A stretch of 63,772 bases of DNA, filler included, from Lama guanicoe (GCA_013239625.1; 199 parts of 199 records of this genome joined end to end with filler, not necessarily neighbours in it); one strand, 5' to 3'. Positions 1 to 12,539 are shown, counted from the whole stretch's first letter. A program made the numbers and translations. Notes: a model not told the origin generated them from the sequence alone.

Positions 1-221
1 CACTGTTAGACTCCCCACCCAAGCTGGATTCAAAATCTCAGCAGATGGCAAGGCCCTTGGCTAAATTTCCAGAAACAGATACCTGGGGGTCCCTGCCCTC
101 ACATGCACCTAGTGAGTTGCTGATTCTTCGTCTAAATATCTCTCCACTTGGCTCTGTCCCCAGTGTCACTTCCCTGTGTTGTGACAGTTATTTCATCCCT
201 GGAGGACAATCTCCTGATAAA

Positions 222-321
222 NNNNNNNNNNNNNNNNNNNNNNNNNNNNNNNNNNNNNNNNNNNNTTAATTAATTAANNNNNNNNNNNNNNNNNNNNNNN
301 NNNNNNNNNNNNNNNNNNNNN
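222..321. other. Artificial 100-bp contig linker (44 N + TTAATTAATTAA + 44 N); first of 198 identical copies
   Basis: The same palindromic 12-mer (266-277 here) is centred in N runs about every 321 bp. It gives TAA in all six frames. 199 fragments plus 198 x 100 bp sums exactly to 63772. Confidence 0.99.
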
Positions 322-644
322 TGCTCATTGTGGAGTGCAAAAAGTCATTTGAAATTTGATCATGACTTCTCTGGCAAATAGTATGGTTTCTTTTTCTTTC
401 TTTCTTATTTTCTATCAATTAAGGAAAACAGAAAAAAAACTCTCATATAAGTGATACCATTAAATGTGACTTACATTCAGAAAGTTGATGGTAAAAAAAA
501 ATACATTGGCTTTTGTACAGAAAGAAAACAAGAAGCATCTTTNNNNNNNNNNNNNNNNNNNNNNNNNNNNNNNNNNNNNNNNNNNNTTAATTAATTAANN
601 NNNNNNNNNNNNNNNNNNNNNNNNNNNNNNNNNNNNNNNNNNTC

Positions 645-863
645 ACCACAGGGACTGAAATCTATGCTTCCACATCAGGACCTGAAGAAACCTTAACCAC
701 TTCTGGTGCTGATGGACACAGCACCCCGTCTTCTCCTCCAGGATCGACGTCCTACACAGCCACCTCAGAGGTGTCCACGGCACCATTTTCCACCCCATCA
801 AGCCCTGAAGAGACATCCACCAGTCCAGCTGCATCAGGGCTGACGGACACTGGTGTCACTCAG
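645..863 (+). CDS. Mucin PTS (Pro/Thr/Ser-rich) domain exon fragment, MUC12-like
   Basis: The frame is open across the whole contig: TTGTEIYASTSGPEETLTTSGADGHSTPSSPPGSTSYTATSEVSTAPFSTPSSPEETSTSPAASGLTDTGVTQ. 42 of 73 residues are S/T/P, and PEET recurs 123 nt apart. It is absent from the ORF track because it has no start codon. Confidence 0.75.
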
Positions 864-963
864 NNNNNNNNNNNNNNNNNNNNNNNNNNNNNNNNNNNNN
901 NNNNNNNTTAATTAATTAANNNNNNNNNNNNNNNNNNNNNNNNNNNNNNNNNNNNNNNNNNNN

Positions 964-1184
964 AAATAATGATGCTGAGTGATAGAATCCAAACAGAAAG
1001 AGTATAAACTATGTAATTCCATTTATTTAAAATTCTAGGAAATGCAAGCTAATACCGAATGACAGGAAGCAGGTCAGTGGTGGCCTGCCGTGGGGGAGTG
1101 GGCACCACGAGGGCCAGGAAGGGAGGGTTACAAATGGGCACGAGGAAACTTTCGGGGGTGATGGCCGTATTTACCTTGGCAGTA
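964..1184 (+). mobile_element. Old L1 (L1MC/ME-type) 3' UTR fragment
   Basis: Motifs atgctgagtga...attccatttat...aaattctagga...gacaggaagcaggtcagtgg...gggcacgaggaaactttcggggg match recalled L1M 3' ends. Confidence 0.75.
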
Positions 1185-3531
1185 NNNNNNNNNNNNNNNN
1201 NNNNNNNNNNNNNNNNNNNNNNNNNNNNTTAATTAATTAANNNNNNNNNNNNNNNNNNNNNNNNNNNNNNNNNNNNNNNNNNNNCATAAAGCCTGACACT
1301 GAATATTCAGGAGATACACTTAATTATACACATTCAGTACGTGGTCGGAAACGACAAATACTTTGAAACGTTCATAAAGCTGGACTTGCTGACCTGCTGT
1401 GCTCTGCGGTTGACAGTGGCCCTTTGGTGGCAGTGGACTCTTGAGAGTCTGAGCACACTTGCCCACCTTTTGTGTCTCCTCTGTAACCCCTGCGCTGGCA
1501 GCTGCNNNNNNNNNNNNNNNNNNNNNNNNNNNNNNNNNNNNNNNNNNNNTTAATTAATTAANNNNNNNNNNNNNNNNNNNNNNNNNNNNNNNNNNNNNNN
1601 NNNNNATATATTTTATTAAATATATTTTTATTATATATTTTATATATTTAATATACACAGATATTTTCTATAAAAAGCATATTTTTAGAACTTATAATTG
1701 GTATTTGTGTTTGCCAATCTACAGAATGCTAATGTAAAATACATTACATAATTACTTTACTTTTGTTTTCATTAGAAATTAAAGTTTTTAAGAGTTGAGA
1801 ATTCTAATTTATATATGTCATTAAAGNNNNNNNNNNNNNNNNNNNNNNNNNNNNNNNNNNNNNNNNNNNNTTAATTAATTAANNNNNNNNNNNNNNNNNN
1901 NNNNNNNNNNNNNNNNNNNNNNNNNNCACCGTAGATGTGTCACCGTTGAGTGGACTTGTTAGCTGATGGGGCGTCTGTCGTGGGATCCAGCGGGCCGCTG
2001 CGTGGCCGGTAAGAGAACTTAGCAAAGACAGAGCAGGAAAGCAGTCTATCAGGGACGCTGTCATAGACAGCGGTCTTTTACGGGGATGGGCCAATGTGTG
2101 TAATGAGGCGACGGGCTGTGTGATCAGCTCGTGTGCAAGCTTCTGGTNNNNNNNNNNNNNNNNNNNNNNNNNNNNNNNNNNNNNNNNNNNNTTAATTAAT
2201 TAANNNNNNNNNNNNNNNNNNNNNNNNNNNNNNNNNNNNNNNNNNNNGCAGAACCACCCCAGTGTGAAGGACCAGAGCCCCGCTCTCAGCAACCACAGAG
2301 TTTATTCCATAGGGTATCAAGGGCGCCTGCGAAAATGATCTAATGCTCTTAGTTGACTACATACTGAAATGCAGAATTGATAGCTAAACAAAGACACAGT
2401 CAGGCTACACAAAAAGAACAGTACCATCTCACAAGCTGAGAGGGGTTGTCACCTACATGACAGCTAGANNNNNNNNNNNNNNNNNNNNNNNNNNNNNNNN
2501 NNNNNNNNNNNNTTAATTAATTAANNNNNNNNNNNNNNNNNNNNNNNNNNNNNNNNNNNNNNNNNNNNCAATCTTGTGGGCTTCCTTGAAGAAGAATGAG
2601 TCATTGCACAAAATAAGTTTCTGCCTGTGTCTTCGAGCTCCTGCATGATGCTCCGTTAGCAGAGATGGACTGAGACTGCCCAGGTTAGGGGTGTCACATG
2701 GGCACGAAGCACTAGATAATAAACAAGCGTTAACCGAACACCCTGGAGGGAAGCGCTGTGGCACCTGCTGGGGATTCGTGGTTTGCCTANNNNNNNNNNN
2801 NNNNNNNNNNNNNNNNNNNNNNNNNNNNNNNNNTTAATTAATTAANNNNNNNNNNNNNNNNNNNNNNNNNNNNNNNNNNNNNNNNNNNNCAATTCATTTC
2901 CCCATTTGTTGGTTTCTTTCACTCATTCATTTCTTCACACTTGGAACAGATACCCATCCTTGCAGCAACGCACCGACTCCCGCGCTGCTGTAGGATGAAA
3001 CATGACCCCTCCGCAGCTGAGTCTGCTCAATTAGGCAGCACATTAATTTTCTTGGCCACCATCCAAGTCCACTATGAACTCGATGAGACGGATTAGATGT
3101 ACTTCACAGANNNNNNNNNNNNNNNNNNNNNNNNNNNNNNNNNNNNNNNNNNNNTTAATTAATTAANNNNNNNNNNNNNNNNNNNNNNNNNNNNNNNNNN
3201 NNNNNNNNNNTTTGTTTGCAGGGCTCACTGGGAGAAGTGAACAGCCAAGTGCCCATCACTAGTGTGAAGGTGCTTGTCATGGTCCCATCCTGTGTGTGAC
3301 ATTCAGCATCCATTCTAGAACTTTCCCTTGTTTTCAGTGTGATCTGTGCTCCCCACTTCTTGGTTTCAAGATGCTGGTGGGCTCACATGTATCCAAGCAT
3401 CAGTAAAATAGGCAGATTTCAGAAGCATCTANNNNNNNNNNNNNNNNNNNNNNNNNNNNNNNNNNNNNNNNNNNNTTAATTAATTAANNNNNNNNNNNNN
3501 NNNNNNNNNNNNNNNNNNNNNNNNNNNNNNN

Positions 3532-3752
3532 GCTTAATGGGCCTTAATGCTTAGTTTTGTGATTTACTTTCTCTGCAGTCACAAGCCAAGTATTTTACTT
3601 CCCTTAACATCTCTTCATCTTGAAAAATAGAGATAACAAAACCGAGGTTGCAGGGTTGTGAGAATTATATGAATATTATATGCTTCATTTTCCAAACCCA
3701 GTACCTTTAACATCCCCCTTTAGCACCTGCTCTTGCTTCAAGATACTGGAAA
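3532..3752. repeat. Copy 1 of a near-identical contig pair (copy 2 at 22787-23007)
   Basis: Same length and same ends as copy 2, 10 substitutions, and identical first and last 49 bp. Confidence 0.97.
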
Positions 3753-4173
3753 NNNNNNNNNNNNNNNNNNNNNNNNNNNNNNNNNNNNNNNNNNNNTTAA
3801 TTAATTAANNNNNNNNNNNNNNNNNNNNNNNNNNNNNNNNNNNNNNNNNNNNCACACAAGTTTTGAAGGATGAGGACAGTCTGTTCTGGGACAAGGAAAG
3901 ACAGCACCTCTATCACTCCCCCTCTTTCTATCCTAAAGATCTGGACGCCTGTACGGATGACTTGCACGCACATGTGTACCAAATTTACAGGGGTGGTTGC
4001 ATGTGACCAGCTGCTTTCTGAACAACCTTCCAGCCACCCATCCAACGTTTCTAAATGATGCATTGTTTTGAAANNNNNNNNNNNNNNNNNNNNNNNNNNN
4101 NNNNNNNNNNNNNNNNNTTAATTAATTAANNNNNNNNNNNNNNNNNNNNNNNNNNNNNNNNNNNNNNNNNNNN

Positions 4174-4394
4174 CATTCAGGGAAGAAAAAGAAATAAAGG
4201 GGATCCAAATTGGAAAAGAAGAATTAAAATAGTGTCTATATGCAGATGGCATGATACTATATATAGAAAACCCTAAAAATTCCACACAAAAACTACTAGA
4301 ATTAACAAAAGAATTCAGCAAGGCAGCAGGATACAAGACTAATGTACAAAAATCAGTTGCATTTCTTTATGTTAATGATGAATCAATGGGAAAA
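4174..4394 (+). mobile_element. L1 ORF2 reverse transcriptase fragment, inactivated
   Basis: Translates as [64 protein letters not shown]. There is a TAG at 4230-4232, and the catalytic (F/Y)ADD is changed to YADG. Confidence 0.96.
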
Positions 4395-4889
4395 NNNNNN
4401 NNNNNNNNNNNNNNNNNNNNNNNNNNNNNNNNNNNNNNTTAATTAATTAANNNNNNNNNNNNNNNNNNNNNNNNNNNNNNNNNNNNNNNNNNNNTCAGAG
4501 CCCTTCCTAGACTTGGCTGAGCCCTGCCTGCCCAGCAGCCGGGCGCATTGGACTTGGAAGTTAGTGAGCCTGGAAGGTCATGGCTGGGACAAAGCAAGGA
4601 AAGAGGAGGTGCAAGAAGGGCAGAGGAGGAGCTGAGATGGACACTCAGATATAGGAGGCTGTGGGGTGTGGAGGGAACACTTCATAGCTGGATGATCCTG
4701 GCAAGTTACTCATCANNNNNNNNNNNNNNNNNNNNNNNNNNNNNNNNNNNNNNNNNNNNTTAATTAATTAANNNNNNNNNNNNNNNNNNNNNNNNNNNNN
4801 NNNNNNNNNNNNNNNTTAACTTTTCATAATCATCATTCACTTAGCCACACAGGCCAAGTTCAGCAGCTCGGGCAATAGACAAGACCCCT

Positions 4890-5036
4890 AGGGCTCAGAT
4901 TTTGAATCCAGCTCATTATCAAACTGCTATACTGCCGTGGGCAAAGCACTTAACCTTCTAGAGCTTCCATTTTCTTACTTGTCCTATGTGGGCAATAATG
5001 TCAAGCCAACTAACAGGACAGCTGTTAGGAATGAGA
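4890..5036 (+). mobile_element. MIR SINE fragment
   Basis: ttgaatccagctc...gggcaaagcacttaacctt...ttttcttactt matches the MIR core. Confidence 0.65.
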
Positions 5037-5457
5037 NNNNNNNNNNNNNNNNNNNNNNNNNNNNNNNNNNNNNNNNNNNNTTAATTAATTAANNNNNNNN
5101 NNNNNNNNNNNNNNNNNNNNNNNNNNNNNNNNNNNNGCATCAGGAGAATGGGGGAGAAAGAAGACTGAAAGAATTCAAGGGAGACGATATCACAAAGAAC
5201 TGAGCCAGAGATGCCTGGAGGAGAAGAGAGCAGAGATCTGGGGGAGCAAGGGAGAGAGAAAACCAGGTGAGGCTGGAGTGGAGGTGGTGAGCAAATTGGG
5301 AGGAGGTGGGTCAATAAGTGGACTTGGGGAAACAGACCAGCGAAGGACAATGTAGTANNNNNNNNNNNNNNNNNNNNNNNNNNNNNNNNNNNNNNNNNNN
5401 NTTAATTAATTAANNNNNNNNNNNNNNNNNNNNNNNNNNNNNNNNNNNNNNNNNNNN

Positions 5458-5676
5458 AGAGACGTTCGTTCATCCAGCCCAAAGGGAACGGTTTGCAGGA
5501 GAAACATTTACTCTGGATCCTCAGTCTGTTTCCTAGTGGCGGTTAGAAGTTCCTGCGGTTTGCACTGTAAAACACAGTTGAAGCTTGTTCCTCCCCATAT
5601 ATATGTATGGAGTGGAGTTTGAAATTAACAAGAAATTTTGTGTTCCCTTCAAGCTAGGTGAAGGACGGCTTTCACA
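5458..5676. repeat. Satellite DNA, ~250-bp monomer, phase A-B
   Basis: Homologous to 15404-15624 with the two blocks in swapped order. Confidence 0.85.
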
Positions 5677-7060
5677 NNNNNNNNNNNNNNNNNNNNNNNN
5701 NNNNNNNNNNNNNNNNNNNNTTAATTAATTAANNNNNNNNNNNNNNNNNNNNNNNNNNNNNNNNNNNNNNNNNNNNCAGTTCCAGTTCCTGCTCCTCTCA
5801 CCCGCGTCTTCTCCTCACGCAAATTACTTCTGCTAACCCCAGGACGTCACCTGGGCCCGGCCACACTGCATATGTAAAGCTTAGTTTGGGTGGTATTTTT
5901 GGTTTGATCTTTGTCTTTGTGATATTCATCCAACAGACGTTAAGAGCAAACAGGCTGGAAGTCCAGGCACCCAGGACTTCCGGTTTTGCATCAGCGGNNN
6001 NNNNNNNNNNNNNNNNNNNNNNNNNNNNNNNNNNNNNNNNNTTAATTAATTAANNNNNNNNNNNNNNNNNNNNNNNNNNNNNNNNNNNNNNNNNNNNGAG
6101 ACACATACAGCTTGGGACTTCCTGTCTCCTCCAACCCCAGAGCCAATGTGTCCGTCGCGCCCTGAGTCCTGTCAGACACGGCCCCAGACAAGGCCTGCAG
6201 TGGCTGTAAACTGAGGGAGGGGAGGGGGAAGCAGGGGTGCCCTGGGGAGGCAGCGGAGTTCAGGGGCCTGTGGAGCGTTTGGGCCCTCCGCAGGCTTCCG
6301 CAGGGCGGCCGGGGGCGCNNNNNNNNNNNNNNNNNNNNNNNNNNNNNNNNNNNNNNNNNNNNTTAATTAATTAANNNNNNNNNNNNNNNNNNNNNNNNNN
6401 NNNNNNNNNNNNNNNNNNGGGGCTGTGCTGGGTTTCACACAGACAGGTGGCTGCACTTCCCCGGGGCTGGTCCACAGCCCCCGACTCTGTCAGAGCTGCT
6501 GGTCATCCATGGCCGTCAGGACACGGGTGTGATGCTGGAGAGACCTCCGCTCCAGGACCGCCCGCTGGACCAGGGAGGAGACATTTAGACCCACAGAGGC
6601 ATTCAGAGCGAAGAGGGGTGTCCGTGCAGCCCAGGGGCCNNNNNNNNNNNNNNNNNNNNNNNNNNNNNNNNNNNNNNNNNNNNTTAATTAATTAANNNNN
6701 NNNNNNNNNNNNNNNNNNNNNNNNNNNNNNNNNNNNNNNAGGGTCCCACAGAAAGTTACTGGAGACTGAGTACTAGATTTACCTGTGAATCTGCGTTTAG
6801 GACTTTGAGCTAGAAGCATAAACCCCAGACTATCTGCTAATTATCCTCCAAGGTCCCAAGTACAGAGAGGTTCATTCCTGTATCTCTTCTCAGCCAAATC
6901 TAAAATTTTCTTCTGTATAAATTCTTGGCTTCAGCACTGTCCAAAGGAAATAGAATGTGANNNNNNNNNNNNNNNNNNNNNNNNNNNNNNNNNNNNNNNN
7001 NNNNTTAATTAATTAANNNNNNNNNNNNNNNNNNNNNNNNNNNNNNNNNNNNNNNNNNNN

Positions 7061-7185
7061 TTGAGGACACGAGCCTATCACAAAAGACTATACGTTGTAT
7101 GATTTGTGCGATTCCATTTATATAAAATGTCTCAAAATAGGCAAATCTAAAGAGTCAGAAACTAGACTAGGGGTTGCCTGCAGCG
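7061..7185 (+). mobile_element. L1MB/MC-type 3' UTR fragment
   Basis: cacaaaagactata...attccatttatataaaatgt...aataggcaaatcta...ggttgcct. Confidence 0.7.
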
Positions 7186-8986
7186 TAGGGTTAAGGTCCT
7201 CTGCAGACCTCTCAAATTCGGACCATTCTTCGGCGTGTTCTGGGCACCACCCTGGAGTCAGGAGGTGAGACCCCTCTTTAANNNNNNNNNNNNNNNNNNN
7301 NNNNNNNNNNNNNNNNNNNNNNNNNTTAATTAATTAANNNNNNNNNNNNNNNNNNNNNNNNNNNNNNNNNNNNNNNNNNNNTTCCAGATAGAAAGCAACG
7401 CTAATGCGAAGGAATGATGATAGATATGGGTGTGCCTGGTCCAGGGAGAGCTAAAGTTGCCGCTGTGGCTTCTGTGCATTGTTACGTTTTCTGTCCCCAT
7501 TTCTCCCACAGCACCCTATACCCCAAGGTGAATGTGAACTCCACGAGGGCAGAAAATTTTGTCTGTTTGGTTAGTAGATATATCCTGCATGTGGAGAACA
7601 GTNNNNNNNNNNNNNNNNNNNNNNNNNNNNNNNNNNNNNNNNNNNNTTAATTAATTAANNNNNNNNNNNNNNNNNNNNNNNNNNNNNNNNNNNNNNNNNN
7701 NNAGAATATATACATATACTTGCAATTGAAGTTTTAAAACAAGCACATTTTAATGTGAAAATGTGCCTATCAAAATTGATAACATATATACCCTAATAAG
7801 CCAAAAAAATGTTTGTTAAACTGAGATTTGCCCCTAGAGGAGGCAGCTTCAATTCAACAGTGATTAAAAAGAGTAAGTCATTTGCATAAGACATTCATTC
7901 ATATAATGTTCACTTTCAGAAAGNNNNNNNNNNNNNNNNNNNNNNNNNNNNNNNNNNNNNNNNNNNNTTAATTAATTAANNNNNNNNNNNNNNNNNNNNN
8001 NNNNNNNNNNNNNNNNNNNNNNNAAACACAGTGAACAATGTTTTGTGTAGCACATATGTATATTAGGTTAACTATAGATAGATAAAAACATTGTACCCTA
8101 CAGAAACAGCACATAGAAAATAAACACACAGAATATTCACAAAAGGTTGTTCATAACATAGACCTAAAATGTCTATGTGCTAAAACTAAAATAACATCTC
8201 AAAAAGTTACAAAAATCTGAAATCACACCTGCCATATTTTGTAGNNNNNNNNNNNNNNNNNNNNNNNNNNNNNNNNNNNNNNNNNNNNTTAATTAATTAA
8301 NNNNNNNNNNNNNNNNNNNNNNNNNNNNNNNNNNNNNNNNNNNNATATGTATGTATGCATGTAAGTTACACTGTAATAAAAATTTAAAGACAAATTTATT
8401 AAATACAAAATTTTTAAAAATCTAAATATATTCTTCATTCCAAGAGGCAATCCCATAACAAAAACACAGAAAGGTTTAAAATTGTGATGAGAAACCATCC
8501 TTCTGTAAATATGATGATTTGAAATATTAATACCAAATATTATAATATTTAATGTACAGATGAATNNNNNNNNNNNNNNNNNNNNNNNNNNNNNNNNNNN
8601 NNNNNNNNNTTAATTAATTAANNNNNNNNNNNNNNNNNNNNNNNNNNNNNNNNNNNNNNNNNNNNACCCAGCTGTAAGGTCCCCAAGTCAGATGAGGGCA
8701 TACACACATGTCCACATCGATGAACATCTCCTTCTGGAAAAGGCCACACCCAGTCCCCACCCCCGCGCCGTCCGCCCCCATCGCAGACGGAGGGAGGAGA
8801 ACGTGTGCACATCGCCGCACAGTCCTACACGACGCCCGGAGGCAAATGCGCAGACCTCGCGTCTAAACGCTGGCTCCTGTTATACANNNNNNNNNNNNNN
8901 NNNNNNNNNNNNNNNNNNNNNNNNNNNNNNTTAATTAATTAANNNNNNNNNNNNNNNNNNNNNNNNNNNNNNNNNNNNNNNNNNNN

Positions 8987-9207
8987 CTGCTCATCAGTCT
9001 TTCCTGTCCTTTTGCTGTGTGGCCTGCAGCACAGACAGGTGACAGGTGCTGGAGTCAGGGAATCCAAGGAACCTGGAATCTGTTATATGCTGTTTATGTG
9101 ACCTTGGGCACAGCACATAGTTTACTGAGGCCTTTTTGTTCTTCCTTTTTGAGGATGGTGATCATCACAGCTACTCTAAATTTGCTGTGAAAGATGCAAG
9201 GACTAGG
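8987..9207 (+). mobile_element. MIR SINE fragment
   Basis: ggagtcag...tgtgaccttgggca...ctgaggcct core sequence. Confidence 0.55.
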
Positions 9208-9307
9208 NNNNNNNNNNNNNNNNNNNNNNNNNNNNNNNNNNNNNNNNNNNNTTAATTAATTAANNNNNNNNNNNNNNNNNNNNNNNNNNNNNNNNNNNNN
9301 NNNNNNN

Positions 9308-9527
9308 TGGGAGCAGTCCCTCAGAGTGATCTGAGAGGCTGTCATCCCGGCTTGAGACCTCCTGCCAAATAAAACATAACTCTTAACTTTTAGGCTGTGA
9401 GTTTATTTCAGTCGACAGTTTTGGCGACCATGTAGGGACCCAGTGCAGACTTCTCTCATTCGCCTGAACTGTACGAGGAACCGGAGCCTTGGTACCAGCA
9501 GTGGCCCTTTGTGCCCATCCACATCCT
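9308..9527 (+). mobile_element. ERV (class I-like) 5' LTR end, primer-binding site and leader
   Basis: AATAAA at 9368-9373, LTR end ...gtcgaCA at 9417, then a PBS at 9422-9439. Confidence 0.85.
9422..9439 (+). promoter_or_regulatory. Retroviral primer-binding site for tRNA-Arg(TCG)
   Basis: TGGCGACCATGTAGGGAC matches 16 of 18 bases of TGGCGACCACGAAGGGAC, the reverse complement of the recalled mammalian tRNA-Arg(TCG) 3' end with CCA. Confidence 0.8.
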
Positions 9528-9948
9528 NNNNNNNNNNNNNNNNNNNNNNNNNNNNNNNNNNNNNNNNNNNNTTAATTAATTAANNNNNNNNNNNNNNNNN
9601 NNNNNNNNNNNNNNNNNNNNNNNNNNNGCCTGATGATGCTGGGAAATGCCTGAGGCCAGTATTTATGTCAGTCCACGTGCTACTTCTGCAAAGGCCCCAT
9701 GAACACTATGTGTATTTTTAACCTGAATTACTACCTCTAATATTTACTTTAATCTATTTTATCTTGTAAAAAGAACTTTGGTGAGGGCTCTGGGGTAGGC
9801 GGGAGGTAAAAGGATACTCAGAGAAATTGCCCCAGGGTTTAACAGACANNNNNNNNNNNNNNNNNNNNNNNNNNNNNNNNNNNNNNNNNNNNTTAATTAA
9901 TTAANNNNNNNNNNNNNNNNNNNNNNNNNNNNNNNNNNNNNNNNNNNN

Positions 9949-10169
9949 ATTTACTGAGCTGAAGAAGACTCCAGGAGGTACAGAGTTGGGAGGGAGGGCA
10001 AGAGGTTTCGTTTTGGACATGAAACTTCCTACATTTCTGTTAGATGTCCAAGTGAGCTTGGCTGTGCTCGTCTGTTGGTGGAATGCCAATTTACGAAAGA
10101 GACCCGGAATGAAAACAGAGACCCGAGAGCCACTGGAACATGGGTATTATTTAAATCCATAAGATTGAA
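9949..10169 (-). mobile_element. L2 LINE fragment
   Basis: atttactgag...gttttggacatg...gatgtccaagtg matches antisense L2. Confidence 0.65.
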
Positions 10170-11300
10170 NNNNNNNNNNNNNNNNNNNNNNNNNNNNNNN
10201 NNNNNNNNNNNNNTTAATTAATTAANNNNNNNNNNNNNNNNNNNNNNNNNNNNNNNNNNNNNNNNNNNNGTTGGGATATTGAGGGCTTAGCCTCCCTGGC
10301 AGTCTACGCAGAGGCTCCGCACTTGCCAGAACCAGGACTCAAACTCAAGTCCTTGGACTCCTGGTCCGCGTGCTCCTGGATGAGATGGTTGGTAGAGACC
10401 GGTCCCCGGGTGCCTGGTGTGCGGCAACGCTGGGCAAGGTGTGTGTGAGAGGGAAGGTGTGCTCAGTTATGTCCTCCCTCATTCTGGAGANNNNNNNNNN
10501 NNNNNNNNNNNNNNNNNNNNNNNNNNNNNNNNNNTTAATTAATTAANNNNNNNNNNNNNNNNNNNNNNNNNNNNNNNNNNNNNNNNNNNNCTACTTTTCA
10601 GGGTTTTAAGGATTAACTGAGGCACTGAAAGCAAAGCATCTGGGACGTAGTATACGATTAATACGTGTTAATTTTCCTTCTCTCGCTATTCCTAACCAGG
10701 TATGGCAAATTGAAGAATAGTTCCACTAAAAGCCGATGCTTTGCCAGATTGGGCTTACTGCCGGCCTCATTTAAGCATTTGTTTTCCTTGTTGATTTTAT
10801 TTCAGTTTTTANNNNNNNNNNNNNNNNNNNNNNNNNNNNNNNNNNNNNNNNNNNNTTAATTAATTAANNNNNNNNNNNNNNNNNNNNNNNNNNNNNNNNN
10901 NNNNNNNNNNNCCTCCTGGATGGAACATCAACTACTGTTTTTGTCCTAACATCAGTGGCTACGTTCCCTTTGTGTTAGACGTAGTGTAACAGTAGAGATA
11001 AATAAAGATCTCTCAGGAGAAATACACGTCTGCTTAGACGACTTATACAAAAATTCATCATTTACCTTATGCATATTTTTATGTAATATTTCATACAACA
11101 ACAGTCTTGTTCTTGCAGTGCAAATGCTCCATNNNNNNNNNNNNNNNNNNNNNNNNNNNNNNNNNNNNNNNNNNNNTTAATTAATTAANNNNNNNNNNNN
11201 NNNNNNNNNNNNNNNNNNNNNNNNNNNNNNNNAGAAAGTGAGAGCAAGAGAGGTTTTTCTAAGACGGGAGAGATTAACAGGGTGTGTCCAGATAAACGAG

Positions 11301-11302
<2 letters not shown>

Positions 11303-11334
<32 letters not shown>
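11303..11334. repeat. (AC)16 microsatellite
   Basis: Perfect dinucleotide run. Confidence 0.97.
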
Positions 11335-11336
<2 letters not shown>

Positions 11337-11556
11337 CTGCTCGCACACACGCTGGTGTTAGCACTTAAAGCGCTCGGTTTTCACGTCTGTCTCCCTCAGT
11401 ATGCCGTGAGCTTCTTGAGAGCAGGGACCTTGCTTTATTCAGCTTCACACGNNNNNNNNNNNNNNNNNNNNNNNNNNNNNNNNNNNNNNNNNNNNTTAAT
11501 TAATTAANNNNNNNNNNNNNNNNNNNNNNNNNNNNNNNNNNNNNNNNNNNNAGTCT

Positions 11557-11664
11557 TGTCAGAAGTGGGATTTGAACCCACGCCTCCATATGGAGACCAG
11601 GGGCCCCAAGAAGAGGAAGACAGAAGCTTGAGTCTGGCACCTTAGACCACTCGGCCATCCTGAC
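11557..11664 (-). tRNA. Intron-containing tRNA-Leu(CAA) gene copy, possibly a pseudogene
   Basis: Reverse complement reads GTCAGGATGGCCGAGTGGTCTAAGGTGCCAGACTCAAG-[24-nt intron, about 11603-11626]-CCCTGGTCTCCATATGGAGGCGTGGGTTCAAATCCCACTTCTGACA. The anticodon CAA is at 11628-11630. The acceptor stem, A and B boxes and long variable arm are present. Confidence 0.92.
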
Positions 11665-11872
11665 ATGACAACTATGCCTTGAAATTGATATCAACTGTGT
11701 CAATGACTGGAGGCTGTTGCATGCAGGAAGGAGAGGAACAAGCTATTCCTAGAATCTACAGGAGCAAACCAANNNNNNNNNNNNNNNNNNNNNNNNNNNN
11801 NNNNNNNNNNNNNNNNTTAATTAATTAANNNNNNNNNNNNNNNNNNNNNNNNNNNNNNNNNNNNNNNNNNNN

Positions 11873-11946
11873 AATTATTATTTCTAGGAGGTGCTGTAGA
11901 TTTCATAGGCTTCTCTGTGTAGATAATCACGTCATCTGTGAGTAAA
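11873..11946 (-). mobile_element. Degenerate L1 ORF2 RT fragment
   Basis: Reverse complement translates to LLTDDVIIYTEKP, resembling LFADDMIVYIENP. Confidence 0.65.
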
Positions 11947-12539
11947 CTCACCTTTCAAAAAAGTCAGAATTAATTAAAGCATAATTTACATCTAGTGTAA
12001 TTCACCCTTTCTGGGTCTAGTTTTCACATTACTTTTTCAAAACATTTTTGTGTACGCCTTCTCTTGTCTCTCCTTCCAGGACTCTTAGGTCACNNNNNNN
12101 NNNNNNNNNNNNNNNNNNNNNNNNNNNNNNNNNNNNNTTAATTAATTAANNNNNNNNNNNNNNNNNNNNNNNNNNNNNNNNNNNNNNNNNNNNGACAAAC
12201 TATGAATTTTGTTTCTCAAGTCCATGTTTTTATATTTCTAATCCGTGTAAGTTTATTTCCAAACAATATGTGGTGATTTTCTTGGTGTTTTTAAAATTTA
12301 TGTGAACACTATCCATTGTATGTATAAATGTGAAACTTACATTTTTCATTAAATATGTTTCTGAGATATAGAAAAATTTATACATAGAGATATGTTTCAT
12401 TACTTTAACTGGTANNNNNNNNNNNNNNNNNNNNNNNNNNNNNNNNNNNNNNNNNNNNTTAATTAATTAANNNNNNNNNNNNNNNNNNNNNNNNNNNNNN
12501 NNNNNNNNNNNNNNCCCTGGGCGGGGACTCCGGGGTCTG

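Noticed and set aside
1927..2147. CpG-rich fragment as a contaminant
   Set aside because: No recognisable coding signal, and similar CpG levels occur in host repeats in this window.
3853..4073. Protein-like frame VLKDEDSLFWDKERQHLYHSPSFYPKDLDAC
   Set aside because: No recognisable family or splice signals, and a frame of about 50 codons is expected by chance.
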